A DNA stretch of 64,000 bases from NCBI GenBank assembly GCA_050084985.1, contig JBITNC010000001.1, positions 199,454,001-199,518,000 of the forward strand, in the 5' to 3' direction. This stretch comes from Nageia nagi. Lineage: Eukaryota; Plantae; Pinophyta. This document shows, piece by piece, positions 27,563 through 40,760 of the stretch. How positions within the stretch are numbered: the stretch's first letter is position 1; the number at the start of each line of letters is the position of its first letter. A program made the translations under genes and the position numbers. The notes under the pieces are model-generated. The model saw nothing but the letters and a program-made list of their open reading frames with translations. It did no database searches and was not told where the DNA came from.

Positions 27563-30500
27563 ATGGCTTCGAGCATCAAAGCACCCCTTTTGAAAGTCAA
27601 ATAGGTCAAAGCCAATTGTTCGAGAGGCATGTGACCAAAAGCCAGATGAATAGGGTTTTTAAGGAAAGTTTGATAGAGTTTTAGCAGTAGGACAAATCAT
27701 ATCTCCCTCAAGCCAAATTCAAGGGGAGACACATCTTCATTGGTGACACAGATTGGAGAAACTTGGACCCTATTCTGACCCTAGCCTCCACATCCTCCAT
27801 CAGCAAAGAGGACTTATTAGAGGAGCTTATCCACACATGCGATTTGTTCAATGCCGCTATGATACTATTTGCAGTACCTTTTCCTGACCTATGCAGTGAA
27901 GTGGCCAGGAAGTGTGACTTTAGCAAGAGGATTCTGCAGGACACAGAAGGCAATGTGATCATGGACTTTTACCCTGCCAGAGTTGAAGTAGCCTTTGGCT
28001 AGAAAAGATATGGGGATGATTATACACTATGTCATTCTGAAGAGTTCCATGACTCCACATCCTAGACTGGAGACTATATTCGACCTTGGTTACTTGAAGA
28101 GTTTCAAAACCTTCAAGGGGAAAGGCTGATCAGTGCACGGAGAGATGAATTCCTGCTAGTTGTGGCAAAGTTGACCACTCTCTTGTCATGGGTAACCGAT
28201 CAGGAAAATGATGCTAAGTACTAGAGAGATTTCATAGGTTGTATTGCTGCTATCAGTTCAGGGAGACCTATCTGATGGGATGGGGTAATCAGTGATACCT
28301 TGCGCTATCAGATGTCTTTTTTCGGCTCCTTGAAGAGATTCTATATGAACTCTTATCTAGTGTACCTGTTCCTACATGTAAAGCCAGATCCAAGGAGCTG
28401 GCTAATGAAAATACTTGGGGCAGAAAAATGTCCTTGTGTGGAGGGCATACCAGAAATGGTGGTGCCAGAACAAGTTCCAATACGTCTATGAGAGGATCGA
28501 TTTCTGGGTGTATGATATCTACAAAGATATCAAAGGAGAATCCATAGTGAAGAGGATTTCTAATGCAGCTACTCAAGCCATCAACGTACATGCAGACTTC
28601 TTTCTGCAGGATGCCAATTTTACATATATCAAAGTCTTTGGTTCAAAAGAACAACTCCTGGTCTTGCCTAGATTCGCCAATGACAGGTTGATTCTCATGG
28701 AGTATGCTAGATAGCTCTTGTTCCTAAAGGAGAGAGTTTGGAAGAAGAACACCATAATAAATTTGCCTATTACATTGGTGGAGGCAATGTATATGCGAGA
28801 GGAGCTACAAAAGTACAACTTCTTCAGAGAGGTTGCTGTCAAGCATTATGATCCTAAGGAGATAATTGCGCATTTTTATGATACAACTTTTCATAGGCCC
28901 ATCGCATTTCCACACAAGCCTTTGGGAGATGGAGAGAGGTATAGAAATGTACATGTGCAAAGGAGAAATTGCACGCATAAAGGCTCTTTTGAGCAAGAAG
29001 AAGGCTGCCCTTCAAGGAGAAAAACCTCCACAAAAGCCTCGAACTACCAAGCCTCGATCTAAAGAGGCCCCCTTGAAGATCAAGTCTCCTGCTCACACCA
29101 CGTCCTCACCAAAGAAGACACCCTTGCTTCTTGCAAGAAAAGACGAGATGCCTCGAGGGAGCCCATCTCGTGTCCTAGTAAACGCAGTGTAATAGAGGCT
29201 GATATTAGAGATGCTGGATATCATACTCTTTCCTTGGATGTGCTGGATGATGTGGTGAATACAACATGTGGCAGTATTTCATCCACTAAGGCGATTCCTT
29301 CCAGATCTGCCTATTCTCCTAGTCCAAGGGAGAAAGTTCCCCCTTTGCAACCAAGTTCTAGCTCTAGTTCTGAGCATTCCTCTTCTTCTTCCAATGAAGA
29401 GACTGAAGATCCTGACCGTACGGGCGAGGATTCTATAGAAGAATCAATGAGCCGTAGCAAGGAAGAAGAAGATGATGATGATGCTAGCAATGCTACCAAT
29501 ATGCCTGAGCAAGAGGATGTAGCCATTGGTGCTTCAGCACCTGATCAGATTGAAGTTGAAACCATCATAGAAGATGAGATAGTGGAAGTTGGCACCTATG
29601 ATGAAGACGTACAGATTATTGAGAAGTGCGTTAGAGAGGTGGCTGCATCCAAGTCCTCTCTTGCTAAACATAGGAAGAAGTCTCCTTTGCACAAACCCTC
29701 TACCAAGTGGAATCATGAGAGATTTCCCTAGCTCCAAAGCAAGGGCTTATCTATAGGTGATAACGGAGGAGATGAAGAAGATGAAGGAGAGAATGAGGAG
29801 CAAAAGAAGAAAAGGAAGTAGGAAGAGCATCAAGGTAAGGAAATGGCCGTAGCATAGATCACTCTAGCGAAAGAGGTCAAGAAAATTGACAAAGGAAGAT
29901 TGTTGGTTCAAAGGTTTCCCCCTTGACCAGCAACCGAACATCCAGATCTTGACCTGGATGCCTACTTAGAGCCCTCAGCATGAGTACAACTCATGATGAA
30001 GGTATAGATTAGGACCTACATTTTAAGGATGAGGAAAAAGAACTCTCATATGGGGAGAAGATTCAGAGGGTGGACATTTTTGTCTCTACCTCTCAAAAGG
30101 AGATCTCCATTAGTCATTGCTACTCGAAAGAGAAGCATCCTCAGGGGGCAGAGGACTACATCATTGAGACATTCAAGATGCCAGTTAAGCTAGGGTTGAC
30201 AACCAGAAAACATATTTTCACCCAAAATGTTGCAATCATGGAACAGGAAGGCTATGAAGCCAAAAAAGAGGTGAAGAGACTGAAGAAGGAACTCAAGGCT
30301 TGCAAGAAGATTATAAAGGAGTTCCAAAAAATTAGCACCACTCCTTTGCACTTGTAAAAGCAGACTTCCTTCCATGAAGGATGGGAATTGATGAAGGAAC
30401 AGCTTAAGAACAAAGTGATGGAGGCCGTCAAAAGATTGTCTTCGCAAATTTACAAACTCCTTGTCAAAAGTGTTGAGATCAGGGATCTCAAAATGTAGAT

Positions 30501-31050
30501 TTCAACTCACCTTGGCACGTTGAATGGTTATCTTTCCAACATCTCCCATCTGTAGCACATTCATACCGATAACCCTGAGAAGTTGGTCTACTGCTATGAG
30601 TTCACCTATCATCATGATTGGTTGAACCACGCACTTGAGAAGTGCAACGCAGTCTTGAAGATCAGAATCCCCTTGTGAAAGGAGGTTGAGGAACAAATGA
30701 GTGAATATCTTTATCAGCTCAAGTTCCAGGGGTAAGATAATAATGTTAGGAAGAAGGAGGTAGTGTTGGCAGAGGCTCAAAATTTAATCTAGGAGCATCT
30801 TGAGATTGATGATCTCAACTTACTAAAGGCAAGGCATCCTATTGTTCATGAGAGGCAAATGGTCATTTGGAGATACCAGATGCAAGCTACAATCAAGAAG
30901 ATTGAGAGATACTTTCGGTAGAATTGCAGCATTGTTGGCATGATCTCCAGGGGCATGCGAAAGGCCTTGGCATTCTTGGGGGAGACTGTTGAGTCCTATG
31001 GTATCACTAGCAAGGAGTGGAACTCCGTCTGTGTTGAATCAAATCTAACC
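27563..31050 (+). pseudogene. Decayed ~1,100-codon ORF of element E (globular N-domain, acidic/Ser linker, coiled-coil C-terminus)
   Basis: Pieces 27763-28002, 28300-28491, 28415-28714, 28718-29062, 29234-29731 and 30070-30357. ATG at 27563 and TATAAATA at 27076-27083. Colinear homology with 42200-45464. Confidence 0.8.
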
Positions 31051-32424
31051 TAGATTTGATTCACCTGCATACTTCATCTATGGTATCTTTTTTTTGTGTT
31101 CAATGCTTATGGTTATGTTGTTTATGTTAGACTTTATTTTGATTTGACTGGTGTAGAGATGAGGTTTTGCTCCCACCAAATCAAATCTGTCAGACTCATT
31201 TATGACTCTGACCAATGCAAGGATGAGGTTTTGCTCCTGTTGGTTTAGATGTCAAACCTTTTCAGACTATTTATTGCATATCTGATTTTCTGTTGCATAG
31301 ATTAGAGGTAGAATAGATGCATTTTGGTGGTGGTATTTATATTTTGTCAGCTTTAGATGCCACTTACATAGTTTTGTGTGAAGATATCTGATTTCATATC
31401 GGTATGTGTATTGCGTGTATGCACACCATATCAGATTTGATGCCTTTAGGGCATCACTTCTAGTGGCCTATTTATACCCCACTCAGGCCATTTAGAAAGG
31501 GGATTTTGACATACAGGATTTTGCATGAGGAACTTTGACATGAGGAGTTTATGCATATGATCTTTGTACTATTTTTGCATTGGACTTTTGCACATAATGA
31601 AAGCATCATATACTCTAGTTCTTGCATTTTGAGATTGAGGCTATTGAGTTTATTTGTACAATCATTTTGAGCCTTTGCATGTCATAAGATTCACATTCCA
31701 TTGCATAGAAGATTGCTGCATAAGGGGTTCTATGCATGTTCTTTTATTGAAAATCATTATGAATGTGTTTGTTTACAAGAATAAAATCATAAAGTTATAC
31801 TATGAGGAACATCATTTGTGGGATTAAGCATATCTAAATGGTTCTTTCTATGAGCTGCATATTGATTATCTTGTGAAAGAGTTTGATCCTTCTTTGCATA
31901 GTTTGCATGCAAGTGGATATATTCTGAGGCATATAGCTTGTCTTTATATCATTCAGTTAGGTTACTACACTTACGCCCTCACTCTATCTTTACCCTTTCC
32001 ATTGAGTCTTCCATAAAGACCTTACAGCTTCCTGCTCTTGTTTGGTAGTGATTTGAGCATATTTGTTATTTGTTTCTTGACTTGATAGTGAGTGTATCGA
32101 CCTTAATGAATCTGAAGACGATCTATCAAGACACTGTATTCCTGGTGACATCCTCATAGGTCTTTTCCTTTCCCCGCATTCCCTTGCATTTATCCTTGTG
32201 TTTGTCCTCTCATTTGTGATCTTTCTTCACTTTTGTTCACATTTATAGTCTTTCCTCATTAAGGAAAGGATATCCAACATGTATTTCCCTTGTATATGAT
32301 TAACAACATGCATCTCTGACTGCTAAGCCATCAAGACCATATTCCATGTGAGCGCTTGGAGTATCTAGTCCTTTCAGGTGGAAACAAGTAACGTTGTTTC
32401 CTCCAAGTCTTGTGCATGTGAAAA

Positions 32425-33604
32425 TGTGATGATCTAAAATCACTCTTAGTATGAACGACTCCAACTATGGAACTCTGATCCTCAACTAATGAAGCTACAC
32501 ACCTATGTTGGGCCCCTACGGTACCTTAACACCCCACAATGGAAACGTGAGCCTCCCAAGGCCTCCACGCACCCTACACCATCAACCCTCTAGGGCACAC
32601 ACCAACACTTAGCATCTCAATGAATGCCTCACATATGAATATGCAATGCTTGAACATCCACGAATGCAATTGAGCTTCCAACACCAGTATACAAGAGACA
32701 CACACACATACATAAACAATGGACAACACAATGGAGAGAGACACAAGCTGAATTATATCATGGAATAACAATGGAGTACAATGAGGATCTCAACATCTAG
32801 ATCTAGGGTTCCAAACCCTTGTACAAGCTAAACACCATAGGAAAGACTAACTCCCTTAGACCCCGAATCCTCTCTTGCAAAGGAGCCTCCTTGAACCCTG
32901 GCTAACCATTGAAGGTAGAAGCTTGCCCTCGGAATACCACCGAATAGACTAGGTGACCCACCTAAGTCGTAGAGTGCTAGGCTCCCAACCTTATCACCCC
33001 TCTAGACATCACCTAGGAAGAATGCTCGGCACCGCTAAGACTTGTAAGCCCGATCGGGTTCAGAGTAATAGAAGTATAATCAATAGCTAACCTCATCATG
33101 GAGCTCCATCCTCAATATATAGCCTTCCGTGTCTATCCACCATGCCTCGATATCATCCCAAGCCAAGTCTATTCCAACGTTGGGGTCAACAGGTCAACCA
33201 TGCCAACGTGGGGGTCATATTGGCCCAGTATGCTAACGTGGGGGTCCTATGGGCCCAGTGTGTCAACGTGGGGTCATAAAGGCCCTCAAGGCTGACATGG
33301 GGTCTAGGTGGCCTCACAAACCAGTGTGGGGTATGTGGGGCCCTCCCAACATTGCTATGCTTCTCCATGTATTCTAGCCTATGCAAGACTCATACCTATC
33401 TAGGGATTCCCACAATCTAGGATAACCCGATACAAACTAACACAACATTACTTAAGGGGAGATGTCCCATTATTGGGCTAATAGTGGGGTCCATAGATCA
33501 TAAGCTTTTGCTTGAGTTACACATGTACAACATGACAATGAACAAACACTAGATTACAAAGTGACCATGACACAATTTATCAATGGTCCAAATAAGACAT
33601 CACA
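32425..33604 (-). mobile_element. Solo LTR (1,180 bp), close relative of the element F LTRs
   Basis: TGTGATGATC...GACATCACA termini and perfect TSD GAAAA (32420-32424 / 33605-33609). Its reverse complement closely matches 50461 onward. Confidence 0.92.
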
Positions 33605-34312
33605 GAAAATAGTTAGTACTCCTTGTGAGAGTATATTACTGACCAAGGGGAACTGGTTGAGGATTATTAGGACTTGGACTCCTTGCAGACATCCAGATGA
33701 AGGCCTAATTTTAAACAAGAAAACAAGCCTCAACTCTTCCCTCTCAAATGTTACTTGGTTATGAAAAATGTTGAATGTATGGGCCATATGATTTGGTGGG
33801 TTTGGAAATTTTTTGCACATGAAAAATTGGTTAACAATTTGCATACTTTGTTGATTACCTTGATTAAACAAATTCAACATATGTAGCTGATTAGTTTGGT
33901 CAACAAATTACAATTGTTATATAGTGAAATGATCTCATTTTCCTAAACATATTTAATGGAATGAAATCTACACTTTGGTGACTTTTTTACAATTCTTTTG
34001 CCTTAAATAGATTAGTAAATAATCTTATGGCCTTGGCAATAAAACATTTGGATATTGTGTATAATTCAAATTGGCAATATAAGTATTTTTTTTGCAAATG
34101 AATTAATACCTTCCATATTTGGAAGCTTATACCCATATTTTTGGTTTGATGCCACTCTATTTGATGAAAATTTATCTATGATTTGGATTCTTGTTACTTT
34201 GCTTTCATTTTTAAATGTTTATCCTATATTTGGATTGATGCTAATCTACTTTCATGTTTAGAAAGTTTATCCTTATCTACGTTTCTCCTTCTTGCTTGAG
34301 AGTTGTAGTGGA

Positions 34313-34445
34313 TGGAGTGGTTAAAAAGGTTCGCCCTTCTCCATGACTACAAATTATTGGAGTGGTTAAAAGGGTTTGCCCTTCTCTAAATTTGCAAACT
34401 ATTGGAGTGGTTTAAATGGTTCGCGCTTCTCCAAATTGTAATTTA
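34313..34445. repeat. 45-bp tandem repeat x3
   Basis: Unit TGGAGTGGTTAAAAAGGTTCGCCCTTCTCC... repeated three times with substitutions. Confidence 0.8.
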
Positions 34446-37282
34446 TGCCATTTTACTTCCATTGTTGGGAAGTTTATCCATGTGATGATCAAAAAATGTA
34501 ATCTCAAGCATAAATTAGCACATTATAATAAACCCTAATTTCTATTCTAAGGCATTCAAAAATTGCATAAATAACACTAGAAAGCCAACGTTGGAGCTAG
34601 GACATCAAATACAAACATTAACTACACAATAATGCCAATGTATAGCCAATACAAGTATACTTAACAATAATAATCCAACACATGCACAAGAATGATATAG
34701 ACAATAGAAATGATGAGATCCAATGCCCTTGGCAATATATATAATGCTCAATGCTTAATGAATACAATACCAAGCCCAGAAGGGCTGATGTTGGCCTCTC
34801 AGAAGCCAACTAGGGCACAACACTATATCTGCTCTCTCTCTGGAAATACTCTGAAACCATGGGATAGTATGCCTCCTCAGAATAAGAATTCTCTCCATCG
34901 AAGGGGCCCTCCTCAGATTCTAGATAACCATTGAAGGTAGAAGCAATACCTCAAAATACCATCTAATGGGCAAAGGTGCTACACCAGTGCCATAGACAGA
35001 CAAGATCCCTCAACCTGAATGCCCTCTAGATGCTGCGCCTAGGAAAGGTTGCTTGAAATCGATAAGACTTATTGTCCTTTGGACTGTGTATAAGTAAGTA
35101 ATAATAATCAATGTATATCCAGTAATGAGGCTCTAATGTCTATTTATACATTTGCTCTATCTAGATCTCACCTAGGAGTCATCACTCTAACTCCCAAGTC
35201 CAACATTAGCTTAGAGATGCCAATTATTACAAGATCCAATGGCTAGTTATGCAATGTCTCATTACTGGAGACTAATATTGCATTTACAATTATTAATTGC
35301 CTTGGAATCATGTATTACAACTCATACAAGTGGCCTCCATAAAGCACACTAAATCTATTATTAATTACCAAGCTCACACCTAAATATAATCAATAATTAA
35401 CTCCTATTCCAAGGAGTGGGACATCACCTCAAGGGGTCAATATGGAGATGATTCTGGATTTTTGTGGGATGCCATGATATGGAAGACTGGTCCAACTGGT
35501 GAACTTCAAGAGACCATAACTCCTTCATTTCCTGATGAAGCCATGTTGTATAACCTATCAAAACATTTCCCATGAGATGTCCTATCCAAAGAACAAATCA
35601 AATCAACTCTTCAAGACTTGTGGCAAATTCTATCCTCACAAATAGGTACATAAATAGAATATTTGCAAAAGGGACATTACAAAGCTTCCCCTCTTAAGAT
35701 TGCTTGCCCTCAAGCAATTACAGTATAATCCAGGGTCCCAAACCTATCTCAAGGGATAGAGTCCATCATGCTCAAGTGAAGAAATCATATCAACTATGCA
35801 TCCAACAAACTCAACCTCAAGAGTGTGCTCAACAATCTTCCAAGAATCAGCAAGTGTATGATACTCAGGTCTAAAATGAAAATCAGCATGCAATGGCTCA
35901 AAATCAGTCCTAAAGAAACACGATGGTGTATGCATATGGAATTCTCTTGGAGGATGTACCTGTAAAAAGCTCAAGTAAATCATATGTGAGTATAAATAGG
36001 TAGAGCCTTTGCTCCAAATCCAAGGCCAAGCTCTCTCCAATCCCAACATGGAGTTCAAAACTCCTCCAACTATCAGTATGAAGCCAATAACTTTCCCATC
36101 CTCCAACGTGGGGTGCCAAGTTGCTTTATACTCATCATCATGCACAAATATCCCTCATCCACCTATGTGAGGTGTAGTAATTCTTCTGCATCCAACGTGG
36201 GGAAATAGAGCTCCTCCAATCTCAATGTCCCACTTCCATCCCTCTCAATGCTCCACTTGAGGGATAGAAGGTCCCTTAGTCTCAACGTATGATGGCAAAC
36301 CTCCCTTAGGTCCAATGTGGAATAGAAGACCTTCCTAATGCTCAACGTGAGATGACAAGCCTCTCTGGTACTCAACGTGGAAGGTAGAAACTCTCTCAAG
36401 CCCAACATGGGGTGGAAATCCTCCTCAAGGCTCCACTTGTGGCGTCTATTCTCCCTAAGGCCCAACATGAGGTGCAGGTGGTCCTCCAAGCTCCTTGGAA
36501 TGCAACGTGGGGTGTGAGATCTCTCCAATGCTCCTCTCCTCCTATCCAAGCCCCTTTGTGTCCAACGTGGTCCTACTTTTAGCTTTCTCCTTCTTTTGAC
36601 ACCAAATGAAGTGGAAACATGTATCATCATTTGTCAAATCAGCAACAAATTGATTCCCATAAAGGACAGCCCCTATCAAGTGAATAACATTTCTCATAGC
36701 ATCTTCAATAGTCCTTCTTGCATCAACAATAAGTGCAGTCTTTATTGAGTGTGTATCAGTCCCAAAGCTATGAACAAAGAGTACAACAATAGTCCCATCA
36801 ACGATTAATGCGGCCCATAGTGTTGCCACTAACATCTCAAACATGGCCTCAAAATTCAATGAAGCAAAAGCTCCTAGCAAACACATTTGCAACAGCCCTA
36901 TTTTCCTTGAAACATTCAGTCCCTGCTATCCTCAAAAGTGTTGTCCAAATGACCAAGAATGCAACACTGTTAGTCATGAAGAATGCAGCCCAAAATGTTG
37001 ACAACAATAGCAACATTTCAATTCCAACTGTCTCCATGTTCATTGTCTCCAAAGGTAAGGATGTGGTCCCAAAAATTGCCAAACACTCAGTCCATATTGA
37101 GCACAAAATGGAAGCAATCTTACTGATCTTCCAAACACCATTAATTGCAAAGTTCTCACAAAAATCAGTGAGTGTAAAGCTCCAAATAGGGACTTTGGGG
37201 TAGCAGCTGTACAATTGGATGTTGGGGCTGAAACCATGAGGATCATAAAAGGACAAAGTGTCTCAAATAGTCTTCCATCTTC

Positions 37283-40200
37283 CCCTATCAAATGCTGCCT
37301 TTGAAATGTACCAACTCAACTCAAAGAAAGCTGAAATCAGATTTGAATATTTCCATTCTAAATCAATCCATACCAAGCACAAATACGAAGAGTAAAACCT
37401 CCTATTAGTGCATGAGTTTTCCCCATATATTGTAGCCTTTTGGAGCAGCAAAGTAGCTTATGAAATGACATGATTCCTTACCCCATATAGTGATGAATTT
37501 TCAGGAACATAGTCAATAAGTGTACCTCCCTTCTTCTTGATGTGTAAGTAAATGTGTCATGAGAGAATATGATGCCCTTCTCATGTTCAAATCTTTCAAC
37601 TAAGGCTATGGATTGCTGCAAACACACAAACAACCAAAGTGAGCTAAAACAAGTGAGGCCATTGCCCCATGTTATGTGCCAAAGATCCAAGTAGTTCCAA
37701 GGACAATCAAGTCTTTTATCATAGGCTGAAATTGTTTTCCTTTTCTCCTCTAAGGCTGATTTGGAAACCTTTATGGTTTCATTTTCATTCTCCATGTTCA
37801 CCTCCAACCTTCTTAATCTCCCATTGTGTGCTAACACACTTGGATCCCATGGAGCTAGAAGTCTATTGCATTTGGATTTTGAACCCTACCTTTCTTTCCA
37901 ATTTTGTTTTTGGGATTTTTGAAATTTCTTGGAAAATTTTTGAGCTCTTCCATTGGCTGATCCAAATTTTAGGATTTTGAGGGAGTAGATCAACTTTTTT
38001 CCAAAAATTTAAAACATGAAAGAGATGCAAAATTGGATTTCCCATATTCCTAGGATCCAAAATTTTAATTTTTGAGCAAAAATGAGGGCTTGCAAGCTAG
38101 GTGCAGGTTTTAGGGTTTTGGCATGTTTTTTGAAAATTTAGAAAATGGGGGAAACAAGCCAAAACTGCTGCTTAGCTTTTTGAGGGGGTAAACTTGGTTT
38201 TTTTGCAACATTGCAAGAGGTAATGTTGATCTCTTTTGAATTTTGCACCCTACCTCACTTTCCTTGTTCTATTTGACCAATTTTGAAAATTTTTGAGAAA
38301 ATTTGGAGCCCTCTCATTGGTCAATCGAAATTTGATGATTTGAGGAGGTAGATTTCATTTTTTTAGGAAAGTCAAATCATCAAACTTGTGTGGAATCCCA
38401 TCCTATACCCTTGAAGGTCAAAATTTTTAATTTTTTTCAAATTTGGGGTACAAGAAGGGTAGGCGCAGGTTTTGAGGCATTTAGACCATTTTTCAAATTT
38501 TGGAATTTGAGGGAAACAAGGCAAAACCAGCACCTAGCTTTAGGAGGGTCAAAATTTGCTCAATTTCGAAAATTCCAAGAGGAAAGGTGCCTATTTTTTG
38601 ATTTGCCACCCTAACTCTTAAATTTTCATTTTGACACTTTTGGGAATTTTGCAAATCTTGGAGCATTCTCATTGGCTGCCTTTTTGCTCAATTTCCTATT
38701 TTTATCACTTTCGGTAGAGCAAAACTCGTCGAAATCATGAACTTGAAAAACCAATTTGATGTAGAATCGTAATCCCCATGCTCTTGAGCTCAAAAATTTC
38801 CATTTCAGATCAATTTGGTCCTCCCAAAAGGTAGGCATAGGTTTTGAGGGGAATAGGCTATTTTTCGAAATTTACTAAGTGAGGGAAAACTTGCAAAACT
38901 CCCCCCTAACAAAATTGAGTTTTTTCGAAATTTCTAATAGTAGAGTGGCCTTAATTTGTCATTTTGCACCACACCTCTCTCTCGGATTTTCATTCCAAGC
39001 ACTTTGGAAAAAACTCAATTTTCAAGCTCAAACTGAAGCTTTACGAAGACCAAAACTCATTTCTTGATCCTGGCCCATAAGGATGCTCAAACTTGTTTTT
39101 CTTGTTCATCTTGGGCTATATTGTACATTCCCAACCTTCTTCATCTTTTGCGAGCCCAAATGGTGCATTTTCGGCATTTTCGAGCTCTAAGTATGAATTT
39201 CGACCATTTTCGACTTTTTCGGATATTTTCGAGCTTGAACGGTGAGAAAATGATCATTTCTGGCATTTATGGTATTTCGAGCTCAAAGTCTATATTTTTG
39301 ACCCTTTCGGACTCAAGATATGCAAAACTGCTCATTTTCAAGCATTTTGAGCTCAAACTTGCATTTTTTGTCATTTTCGAGCTTTCCGAGTTTAAATCGT
39401 GCAAAAATGCACATTTTTAGCATAGTGACCAATTCCAAGCTCAAAATTGACCAAATGCGCTTTTTCGTGCTACTGACCATTTCTGGTTCCCTAGGTTCAA
39501 ATTTGACAAAAATGCGCTTTTTGGCTGTAGATTCTCTTTCTCGGCTCAATTTGTGCAAAAATGCGCATTTTCGTCATCTTAACTATATCCATTACTCCTG
39601 GGCTCCAACTCGATGAAAAACGCACCTTTTGTCGGCTTAGCACCTTTGTGGCTCAACTTTACCAAAACAACACCTTTTTTGCCTTGATGGCCATTCGCTC
39701 AAAACTCCATTGTCTGGTTGTTGCTACAATCCAAAACTTCGTCCTTTGAGACATTGCTCAAGACGGAGCCTTGACTTGGCCACTGGATGAGCTGAACTGT
39801 TTCCATGACTCTGCAGCATGGTCATGCATTGTTTGATCAATTCATCGTTCTGGGTATTCATATCGATCGTAAGTTGATCATGCCTAGACAATGTTGCTTA
39901 TTGCAATTTGAAAAAATTGGGTCCCCAAAATGCTGCATCTTAGGGTGTGTTGTATGGGCACAACACATCACATGATGTATGTCAAGTAAAACTACAAGAT
40001 GTTTCCTTCAAAATGCAATCACCCCTATTTGTTGAGAATGTAGTGAAGAACAAAAAGCTTGATGTAAGTGTGAATGTTGAAACTTTTCAATCAGCTTTTG
40101 AGTATGCACATACTAGCTTTATGACTTGGGTTTCAAGGTGTGATGTATGGAAAAAATCAATTCTTCATGTGAATTGCAATAGACTTCTAGCTCCATGGGA

Positions 40201-40760
40201 TCCGGGTGTGTTAGCACAAAATGGGAGATTAAGAAGGTTGGAGGTGAACATGGAGAATGAAAATGAAACCATAAAGGTTTCCAAATCAGCCTTAGAGGAG
40301 AAAAGGAAAACAATTTCAGCCTATGATAAAAGACTTGATGGTCCTTGGAACTACTTGGATCTTTGGCACATAACATGGGGCAATGGCCTCACTTATTTTA
40401 GCTCACTTTGGTTGTTTGTGTGTTTGCAGCAATCCATAGCCTTAGTTGAAAGATTTGAACATAAGAAGGGCATCATATTCTCTCATGACACAGTTACTTA
40501 CACATCAAGAAGAAGGGAGGTACACTTATTGACTATGTTCATGAAAATTCATCACTATATGGGTAAGGAATCATGTCATTTCATAAGTTACTTTGCTGCT
40601 CCAAAGGCTACAATATATGGGGAAAACTCATGCACTAATAGGAGGTTTTATTCTTCATATTTGTGCTTGGTATGGATTGATTTAGAAGGGAAATATTCAA
40701 ATCTTACTTCAGCTTTCTTTGAGTCGAGTTGGCACATTTCAAGGGCAGCATTTCATAGGG
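37283..40760. repeat. ~590-bp inverted duplication (37283-37870 vs 40175-40760) plus a 23-bp inverted duplication (37866-37888 vs 40756-40778)
   Basis: ORFs 37478-37837(-) and 39947-40870(+) give nearly identical peptides, about 6 differences in 119 aa. Confidence 0.95.

Larger units (their letters stand above)
25366..33735 (+). mobile_element. Element E: ~7.2-kb unit (excluding the nested LTR) with motif array, TATA, long decayed ORF and LTR-like 3' end; probable giant solo LTR
   Basis: Same layout and homologous ORF as element D, and a shared 3' motif (32358-32401 vs 46391-46437). The termini are degenerate, so the boundaries are approximate. Confidence 0.6.
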
